Source: Azolla caroliniana
Taxonomy: Eukaryota; Plantae; Polypodiophyta
Direction of reading: 5' to 3'
Assembly: GCA_043228905.1 (NCBI GenBank)
Contig: JBHGNT010001101.1
Span: 1 to 12,060, forward strand
DNA: 12,060 nucleotides
The translations under genes were made by a program, and so were the position numbers. The first letter of the stretch is position 1. Every line of letters starts with the position of its first letter. The notes beneath the pieces are model-generated. The model worked only from the letters and a program-made list of their open reading frames with translations, made no database searches and had not been told where the DNA came from. This document shows positions 1-7,542 of this stretch, in pieces.

Positions 1-536
1 AGCATTGACTGTAAGTCAAAGAAGGACGGCGTATTCTCCCAGGTACACACAACCGTTCGGAACGCTCCGAACTTCGACCCCAAACCTCCGAGACAGATCT
101 GGACCATCTTGGTCTCCTCGATGTTCACCTCTATGGAGGCGAGGGAGTCGCAGATATCCTTGATCTTCGAGGTATAGTCCGTCACCGACAAGTCGCGTTG
201 TCGTAGGTTGCTCAACTCCTGTCGGAGCTGAAGCTTCCTAGCTATGGTGCTCGCGGCGAAAATCTTCTTCAGATTTTCCCACGCACCCTTCGGCGTCTTT
301 GCATCCCGAACATAGCTCAATAGCTGTTCGCCCACACACGACGCGAAGCAGTATAATACCCTACTCGCCGATTGCTCCCACGACGGGAAGTCTCTGTGTG
401 TCGATTCGGGTGCCGTGTCATTAGCTCCTTCGGCATAACTCCAGTAGCCGTGCCCGAGCAGGTACTGGTGCATCTTGTAGGACCAAGACGCGCAGTTGAT
501 TTTGTTGAGCTTCTCTGTTGGAAGCGAGCTTGCCAT
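1..536 (-). CDS. gag: Copia-type Gag N-terminus (UBN2/Retrotran_gag_2-like), partial, open to the window edge
   Basis: Manual translation from the ATG at 536 gives MASSLPTEKLNKINCASWSYKMHQYLLGHGYWSYAEG...AWENLKKIFAASTIARKLQLRQELSNLRQRDLSVTDYTSKIKDICDSLASI...CLGGLGSKF... with no stop. It is absent from the ORF track because it has no stop inside the window. Confidence 0.9.
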   Translation of the reverse strand, partial: MASSLPTEKLNKINCASWSYKMHQYLLGHGYWSYAEGANDTAPESTHRDFPSWEQSASRVLYCFASCVGEQLLSYVRDAKTPKGAWENLKKIFAASTIARKLQLRQELSNLRQRDLSVTDYTSKIKDICDSLASIEVNIEETKMVQICLGGLGSKFGAFRTVVCTWENTPSFFDLQSM

Positions 537-604
537 GCCTCTTCCATCGTTCTTCTCGTTCTTCTTCGTCAAGCTGTGTCGGCAGAGAGGTTCTCAACCC
601 TCGC

Positions 605-616
605 GCTCTGATACCA
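605..616 (-). promoter_or_regulatory. Primer-binding site for initiator tRNA-Met
   Basis: gctctgatacca reads TGGTATCAGAGC on the minus strand and directly abuts the LTR terminal CA at 617. Confidence 0.95.
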
Positions 617-1010
617 TGTAGAAAGTAGCGTGCAGAAGCAGGTATGAAGACCGAACTGAAGGAAGGAAACTCAGGTTCAATGGAGAGCTTGAGCTTACAT
701 GATATACGCAGGAGAGACAGAGAGAGTGAGAGAGAAGACACAAAAAATATATTCAACAATAATACTCAGTCTGTACATAAGACGTGCTCAGTGAACACTT
801 TTATAGAAGTCCTAGAAGGACTGACCGAAGTACTGACAGTACTTCAATGCTCATCAAGAGCTCCTACACTAACTCCCAAATATATTCCTCACAGAATATC
901 TTTCCTAATGACCTCCCGGTTTATGCACTCGGCCTAACCGATCGGTCCCAACCGATCCGGTCCTCAGCTTCTTCAGCCGATCCGGCCGATGTTGAGCTTG
1001 TCTCTCAACA
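617..1010 (-). repeat. 5' LTR of the copia element (~394 bp)
   Basis: TG...CA termini (tgtaga / tcaaca), adjacent PBS, minus-strand TATAAAA at 799-805, GA-rich tract at ~712-737. The partner LTR is outside the window, so the 1010 boundary rests on the terminal motif and its match to 7522-7542. Confidence 0.8.
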
Positions 1011-1564
1011 ACAATGAAGCATGTTTTTTTAGTTTAGATAAGGATGAGTGATGATGTTGGTGGGGGTTGAAGCATATTTTCATGAGGAGAGGTAGAGAGT
1101 ACACTCATGTTGTTTTTGTAGGTACAAGATTTTGGTGATAATTGTCGTGACTTGAGAATAGGAGAGAGAAAAATAAGATGACAATAGAAGGTAGAGGGAG
1201 AGAGAGAGAGAGAAAGAACACTAGAAATGGAAAGAGAGTTTATATTATAAGAGAGCAAGGATTACAAAGAGTAGGCTAAGGGGCTACAAACTGGTGTTGA
1301 ACCGAATGAGTTGTGATGAATGAATAGACACCTATTTATAGGTCCTTATGGAGTATTCTGGAATGTTCTAGAATTTTAGATATTTATGATATTTAATATA
1401 ATCATGGAATATCCTAGAATGTTCTAGAATACTCTAAATGTCTTGTAATAACTAATAATAACTATACATCATATATGTTAGTATAATGGTTAAAGGTCTA
1501 ACATATAGACCAAAATGTCTTGAGCTCGAATCCTTGTAAGGCCAAAATGTATGTCGTCATGACA
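1011..1564 (-). repeat. 3' LTR of a chromovirus, interrupted at 1010/1011 by the copia insertion
   Basis: Begins TGTCATGAC on the minus strand immediately after the PPT. It is AT-rich and non-coding, with TATAAATAGG at 1331-1340 and a (GA)n tract at ~1195-1215. Confidence 0.85.
1331..1435 (-). promoter_or_regulatory. LTR promoter: TATA box plus two heat-shock-element (nGAAn) arrays
   Basis: TATA at 1331-1340. aTTCt gGAAt gTTCt aGAAt at 1355-1374. gGAAt aTCCt aGAAt gTTCt aGAAt aCTCt at 1406-1435. Confidence 0.75.
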
Positions 1565-2030
1565 TTATCCCCCCTTTTCGACGACGAGTTCCACGAGTCG
1601 GAAGACAAGATTTCGGACTTGGCTTATGAGGATATTTGTTGTGAAATGCAGCAACCATTTCGGAGGCATTAGCAAGATTCTCAAGAGGTTCCCATGTTCG
1701 ATCATTAGGTGTATAACCTAACCAGTCAACCAAATAATACAGTTTGTTGCGAACGATCTTGGAGTCGAGAATGGCAGCAACTTCATATTCGGAGCCATCC
1801 AAAATTTCGATTGGAGGTGGGGGAGATGTAAGACGGCCTGGAATAGAGCTGGTTGTGTACGGCTCCAAAAGTGAAACATGGAAGACTGGGTGAAGATGCA
1901 TATGAGGGGGAAGATCAAGGGGAAATGCCACATCATTGATCTTACCAGATATCACATATGGGCCAAAACGTTGATAATCCAATTTGCAGCTAGCTCGGGT
2001 TGTTTTAATGCGACCTTGTAAAAGCCATAC
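1557..2030 (-). pseudogene. Chromovirus (Tcn1-like) integrase C-terminus: GPY/F region and chromodomain (~1629-1790)
   Basis: KLDYQRFGPY...HPVFHVSLLEP, a proline-rich linker, then EYEVAAILDSKIVRNKLYYLVDWLGYTPNDRTWEPLENL. The frame runs through the PPT and stops just inside the LTR. Confidence 0.9.
1565..1579 (-). promoter_or_regulatory. Polypurine tract (plus-strand primer)
   Basis: Minus strand GAAAAGGGGGGATAA directly followed by TGTCA. Confidence 0.88.
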
Positions 2031-3119
2031 CTGAATGCACAAACTAGGTACCCGAAATTCGACCGGCATCACAACTTCTAGTCCAAACGCTAGCCAGAAT
2101 GGTGTTGACTGTATGCTTGTTTTGTAACTAGTTTTGTACGCCCATAACGCACTCTGGAGTTTGGTATCCCAGTCCGTTCTATTTTCATTGACAGTTTTCT
2201 TCAAAATGGTCTGTAAAGTTTTGTTCGTGGATTCCGCTAATCCATTCGCTTGTGGGTAGTATGGCGTGCTTTTCTTGTGGACGACTGCGTAATGCTATGT
2301 TAGTTCCCGAACCACCGTATTGAGGAAGTGGCTCCCCTGGTCACTGATGAGCTCAATCGGGCAACCGAACCGGCACCAGATGTGCTCGTACAGAAATTTG
2401 GCTGTGACGGACGCCGTATTTTCCCGTAGTGCCTTTGCTTCTACCCATTTGGTACAGTAATCCGTGGCTACCAATATGTATTTGTTGCCCGTACGGGCTG
2501 CTTCTGGTGTGAAGGGCCCCACAAAATCCAATCCCCACTTTTGGAAGGGATCCAGCAGTAATACGGGCTGGTGTGGCATCCTTGCGTCCTCCGCGGGCTG
2601 ACCCATCCGCTGGCACAAATCACACTTTCTACAATACTCGGATGCGTCCTTCTGCGTTGTTGGCCACCATAAGCCCGCCTGCCAGACTTTGCGGGCTGTC
2701 ACGTTGCTCACGTAATGGCCGCCGGCCGTGCCGCAATGTGCCTCCCGTAAAACTGCTTCTTTTTCATCCTGACAGACTCCACGTCGCCAAATGCCATCAC
2801 TTCCTTTGTGATATAAATACCCTTCGACCAGGCAAAAGTGACGGCTTCGGACGGCTAGTCGTTTCTTCTCGTCTGTGCGTAATTGTGGTGGAGGTAGTCC
2901 TGTAGTCAAAAAGTACGTCATTTCCATAAGCCATCGATCCGGAAAGGTGGCTTCCATTTTTTCTGCAAATGTCGCTACTCGCCAGATGTTGGCGTCCAGA
3001 AAATCGTCGTCGTCTTTCTGTACTGTTTCTCCATTCTCAAGTCTGCTCAAAAAATCCGCCACTGCGTGTTGCGTCCCTGGCCGGTGCTGAATTACGAACT
3101 CAAATTCCTGGAGCAGCAA
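2031..3119 (-). pseudogene. pol: End of RNase H, then integrase (HHCC + DDE) with one premature TAG at 2295-2297
   Basis: HCGTAGGH...CDLC zinc motif; D in LDFVG; D in ISDQG. After the TAG the same frame continues HYAVVHKKSTPYYPQANGLAESTNKTLQTILKKTV (catalytic E) into ORF 1557..2204. Confidence 0.92.
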
Positions 3120-5481
3120 CCAATTTCCCTGTCAGGGCTTGTTTCTCCACCAAATACAATAATGCCGAATGATCCACGTGGAACGTGAATTTCCGTTCTA
3201 GTAAATAATGTCGGAATTTATTGATGCTATAGATCATCCCTAGTACCTCCCGCTCTGTTGTGGAATAGTTACGCTCTACTGTTGATAATTTACGACTTGC
3301 GTAGTATACTGGCCTGTACCAATTTGGTTCGGTGAGTTGCATTAGCGCGCTTCCTATTGCTATGTCTGAGGCGTCGACGAACACGTGGAATGGCTTCGCC
3401 CAAACTGGAGGTTGTACTACGGGCACCTGCGTGAGCATTATCTTAAGTGCCTCATAGGCCTTATCCTTTGTTGCAATCCATTGGAAAGGAGTCCGATGTA
3501 CGGCAGCATGTAGTGGCATGGCGAAGTCCGCCAAATACCGTATCATCCGACTATGCCACCGTATTTGGCCCAGAAACCTGCTAAGTGCTTTGGCATTTGT
3601 TGGAGTTTTAGCTTGCGTAATAGCGGAGATCTTGTTTGGGTCGACCGCTATTCCTTCCTTGCTGACTATGTGGCCTAGGAGAGTCCCGCTGGTCACGCCG
3701 AAGGCACATTTCGCGAGATTCAGGCTTAAGCGTGCGGTGCGGCAACATTCCAGGCAGAGACGTAAGTGCGAGAAATGGTCTTTTGTTCGCCCATATACCA
3801 CAAAATCGTCTAAAAAGACTTGCATGAACGCCGAAATGTATTCCCCAAAGATCTCCGTAATCGTTCGTTGGAATGTTGCCGGTGCTTTCTTTAACCCGAA
3901 CATCATGACGACCGCCACATATACTCCCCAGTCCGTGACAAATGTCATCTTCTCCTGGTCGTCGGGGTGCATACGTACTTGGTTATAGCCACTGAAGCCA
4001 TCTAAGAAACTGTACATGTCATGGCCTGCGACGGCGTCTAGCACGCTATCGGTGAAGGGTAAGGGAAATGCGTCTGTAATGGTTACGACGTTTAATTTCC
4101 GGTAATCCACGCATACCCGTATTTTGCCGTTTTTCTTTGGGACAACCACTATCGGGCTAAGCCATGTCGCTTGTTTTACTGGCCGTATGAACCCAACCCT
4201 CAGCAGCTTGTCAATTTCTTCTTTCACGCGGGTCGCGTAATTGGGGTTCATGCAGTAGCGACGCTGCTGGACAGGTTTCGCGTCCGTTGCTAAATTGATC
4301 TTATGCTGATAGAACTTGGGATCTAACCCCTTCATGTCCTCATGAGCCCACGCGAACACATATTTATATTCCGTGAGTAGTGCGATCATTGTGGTTCTCT
4401 GGTCCGGCCTCAATTCCTTTGCTATGGAGAGGAACCGGGGTTCCGATCCCGTACCCATATTTACTTCGTCGAGAGCGGAAGCGGTGACCCGTCGTGAAAT
4501 CTCCATTTCCCTTTCGAAGGCCGCCCGTGCTCTGCTGAGTTCCAATATGGACTCTGGGTTTGGTTCGTGCGGCTCTTCGCTCGGAACAATGGCCGTAGTA
4601 TATTCTGTCGCAGTTGCGATGACATCTATCTCGAACAGTGGAATAATCCGAGGATGTTCGTCAAGGTACGCTTCCAATTCGGCATCCTCCACCCCAGCCA
4701 GCATATTGATGTCTTCCGCATACAACGGTGTTATCCCCTTAGGTTGGGGCATGTTGCCTTCCGTAGGAACACGAACCTTGATGCGTCCCTGCCGGAAACT
4801 GATACACTCGTGTTCCCAGCTCTGCTTGATATTTGTTGTCCGAAGCCATGGTCTGCCCAGAAGCACTGGGTACACTCCTAGCGCATCCAAAGTGAGGACG
4901 ACCGCCGATATGTCGAAGCGGTGTCCGCCCACGATGATGCCTATTTTGCGAATTAGCCCCAACAGTCGCACTAATCGGGTATCTGCCATGCGAAGCCAGA
5001 ATGGACACGCCTCCCATTCGGAAATGTCCAACTGTTCGCAAGTTTTCGCGCTAATCACATTGACGCCTGAGCTGCCGTCGATTACACATCCAGGGACTTC
5101 CTGTCCGTGCAATATTACTGTAATGGCCGGGTTGTGCTGATCCACCACTGGTGGTCCCTCGCTGACGTCAGTCAGGTTTGTGGCAACGCTCGCCCCGGTC
5201 ATGCCCGCCACCTGTGCTTCCATGGTCTGGCGGAAACGTGGAACTAGCAGTAGCAGTTTTTCCATAGTTAACGTGATTTCACAGCCTGCTAACACCTGCC
5301 AAATGGGGTCCAGCCCCGGTTTTTCGTTCTCTGTCCGCTTCATTGCGTTCGAGGACTCCTGCCTCATACGTTCCGTATTGGTCACGTTTGCTTTTTCCAC
5401 CAAGGCTTGCTGGCGTGTCGTGACTTGTTGCACCTCCGCCGTAATCGTGTTGACGGCAGGCCCCTTTCCCTTGCGTGCTAG
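3100..5481 (-). pseudogene. pol: Protease - reverse transcriptase - RNase H portion of pol, frameshifted at ~3120
   Basis: Protease VIDGSSGVNV...VLLGRPWL; RT RVCVDYRKLN, FLDGFSGYNQ, MMFGLKKAP, FLDD (3805-3816); RH VDASDIAIG, EREVLG, VDHSAL. The expected 'ARW' between GKL and LLLQEF is missing, indicating a small deletion. Confidence 0.95.
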
Positions 5482-6615
5482 GCATTGTGTGGCATAATGT
5501 CCGAGTTGCTGACAAATAAAACAATGGATGCTTGATTCTCCCTTCTCAGCCCCAGGTACAATGTGCAGTTCTCCGGCCTCATTTGTCGGGACGTACGCGG
5601 TGGCTGCTATTGATCCCGTCGTTGTTCCTGGTGCCGCTCATCCCCCGAGCTTTCGTCATAACGCCGGTGATCCCTATATTTTCGAGGCTTACCCCGATAG
5701 CCATTGAAGCCGCCCCATTTGTTTATCGGGCGTTGATGTTCGTATCGCCGACCCCCTTTGGCATAACTCGGATGTCCACGATAATCCTCATCCTCCGGGT
5801 CCTCCTCCTCGGACTCATTGTGATTCCGGCGATTCCGGTTGTACCTGTCCTCCCGCGGGTTGCGATCCTTATACCGGGGTTGGTCTTCTTGCCTCCTTTG
5901 TTCCGCCCGATATGGTTGCAGCTGTGTGTCCATGCTACGGATTGCGGGCGTGGCTCTGTTTAACATATTGTACTCGCATTGGTCGACTGTGTGAACCTTC
6001 GAGTGGCAGATTGGGCAGTGGATTCGTATATTGCACTCCACCGCGGAATGCCCCGAGTTCAAGCAAATCGTGCACTGGATTGCCTGACGAAATTAGCGTT
6101 CCTTATCTTGAGGTAACGCTTGTTGGAACCCTCTGGTGGAAAAAATGCAAGAAGGCGGACTGCAGCTAATCGAAGGTTGTTATGGTTGGTAAATCCATCT
6201 GTGAATGCCAGAACACCGCACGCCCATCTAATGTTAATCCGAACTCCGTCATTTTTTACTGGTGTGCCACCGTCTCGGAAAGGTTCTGTGCCATGTGGTT
6301 CGCATTCCAAACGTTCAAGAACATGCGAATATGAGTTGTGGCGTCGGTTTCGCCATTAAAGCGGGGGTAGGCAAAGGCCATCGTGGGAGCTACGGCGGAT
6401 CGGAAAAGGTCACCGGGTGACTGCGGTAAGTGTGGTCCCCTCGCCTCGTCGAGGTATTTGGGGAGCAAGGAATCCCCTTTGCACTCCTGGCAGGTATTAC
6501 TGGGGTCGCCGATGCGCGGCTTTTGCCGGGCGTGTTCTTCTGCCTGGCGTGTGACGGACCTTGTTATTGGCCGGTCTTGTCTTGTTGGTTCTCTGGGTCG
6601 TCTGCGGCTAAACAT
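5482..6615 (-). pseudogene. gag: Degenerate gypsy gag with three CCHC zinc knuckles
   Basis: ATG at 6615, then YPRFNGETDATTHIRMF...EFGLTLDGRAVFWHSQ with in-frame stops (e.g. 6256-6258). Knuckles are CTICLNSGHSAVEC (6074-6033), CPICHSKVHTVDQC (6017-5976) and CFICQQLGHYATQC (5523-5482, in the pol frame). Confidence 0.85.
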
Positions 6616-6650
6616 CCATTCGTTGTTGCTCGTCTGTGAGGAAACACAGA

Positions 6651-6665
6651 TCACCAAGCGTGCCA
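6651..6665 (-). promoter_or_regulatory. Primer-binding site, non-Met (possibly tRNA-Arg type)
   Basis: Minus strand TGGCACGCTTGGTGA lies 4 nt (CTTT) after the LTR terminal CAACA. The tRNA identity is not verified. Confidence 0.7.
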
Positions 6666-6669
6666 AAAG

Positions 6670-7109
6670 TGTTGCCTCTTAGGAACACGGTCCATGGTCA
6701 GTCCGTCGACCTAGACCCCAAGGTGAGTGGGAACAACAAACAGAGCTTAAGCGTACTGCGTAAGAAGAGAACCATTGTGGTTCCTCCGTGTGTAAGGGGA
6801 GACGGCTACAACCGACTCCTTATCACAGGTTGCGCTTACGTACTACTACGCTTACATATCCGAGACACAGACACTGAATTAGTCGTAGCTATACACAGAA
6901 ACTCAGAGAAGATAGTATTCTATTATCAGGCGTTCTTTTACAATTCTCAAAATTTACACGCACCTCCTTAAGAGGTTTTCTACCCTTTATATATGCAGGG
7001 TCTAATTAGCCGTTCACGCGGGGAAGCGTGAACCGTTACATACGTTACGCTTTATATAGTTTCTTATTCCTACGCTTTTGGCCGTCGGTTACTATTCCGG
7101 CGGACAACA
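6670..7109 (-). repeat. 5' LTR of the non-chromoviral gypsy element (~440 bp)
   Basis: Inverted termini tgttgcc / ggacaaca, adjacent PBS, minus-strand TATATAAA at 6986-6993, and an abrupt compositional change after 7109. Confidence 0.82.
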
Positions 7110-7542
7110 AGTGGAAGAGATGTGTGTTATGTGTATGTGTGAGAGGAAAGAGGAGAGGAGAGAAACACAAGATAGATAAGAGACAAAATGAAATACTCAA
7201 GAAGAAGGAGATGTATATTAAGAAGGAGAATATGATAAATGAAAATGTAGCATTACAAGGAGTCACAACCGACTTAGTATGAAGTATGAGGAGGGTGCTT
7301 TATATAGAGTCACTCTCTCTCTCTTCATTAACTTTACAACAACCACTCTCTCTCTCTTGGGGAATGTGAAGACTCATAGTCATGGGGAATATGTAACTCA
7401 TTAGTTATGTGTCATAGAATATGATTCTATGACACATAGTTAATGTGTAGAGAGTAGTGGTGTGACTCTTGACTTTTGAGTAATCATAGATTCTCAAAAG
7501 GTGTGTTCACACGTTGTGCTATGTTGAGCTTGATTCTCAACA
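7110..7542 (-). repeat. Partial LTR of another, probably copia-type, element; inserted into a chromodomain and itself interrupted at 7109/7110
   Basis: Ends ...tgttgagcttgattctcaaca (7542), nearly identical to the copia LTR end at 990-1010. It breaks the chromodomain reading exactly after YYLVCWLG. Minus-strand TATATAAA at 7299-7306; GA/CT tracts present. Confidence 0.78.

Larger units (their letters stand above)
1..1010 (-). mobile_element. Ty1/copia LTR retrotransposon, 5' part (LTR + PBS + gag), continuing beyond the left edge
   Basis: On the minus strand the order is LTR (TGTTGAGA...TTCTACA), PBS TGGTATCAGAGC, short leader, copia-type gag. Confidence 0.92.
2031..7109 (-). mobile_element. 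Non-chromoviral Ty3/gypsy element (Athila/Phygy-like, no extra RNase H seen), 3'-truncated
   Basis: Order is LTR, PBS, gag, PR, RT, RH, INT. Integrase motifs KWGLDFVGP, DYCTKWVEAKAL, YYPQANGLAESTNK and ALWAY are of the non-chromovirus type. No copy of the 6670-7109 LTR is present on the left. Lineage assigned from motif recall, not phylogeny. Confidence 0.88.

Noticed and set aside
803-820. HSE in the copia LTR (agaagtcctagaag)
   Set aside because: The GAA units are 6 nt apart instead of 7 and there is no properly phased TTC.
1034-1258. Short ORFs within LTRs (also 644..937, 6636..6971, 7028..7282, 7045..7266)
   Set aside because: These are low-complexity translations of GA/CT-rich LTR sequence with no domain signal.
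1011-1564. Matching 3' LTR of the element whose 5' LTR is 6670-7109
   Set aside because: No similarity is visible and the termini differ (TGTCAT vs TGTTGT), so the two LTRs come from different elements.
2295-2297. Programmed stop-codon readthrough in integrase
   Set aside because: The TAG falls between the catalytic D and E and is simply explained by a CAG-to-TAG transition, as with other lesions in the window.
4373-5140. 255-aa plus-strand ORF (also 3518..3988 and 5532..5963) as antisense genes
   Set aside because: These are shadows of GC-rich coding sequence on the opposite strand with no recognisable motifs. The hydrophobic 5532 ORF simply mirrors the Arg/Glu-rich gag.
3100-5433. RT as part of a prokaryotic retron, DGR, CRISPR-RT or defence system
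   Set aside because: It is embedded in a PR-RT-RH-INT polyprotein with LTR and PBS, which is a standard Ty3/gypsy arrangement.
7484-7542. Novel C-terminal extension of the integrase (LLRIKLNIAQRVNTPFENL)
   Set aside because: This is read-through into the inserted LTR that interrupts the chromodomain.
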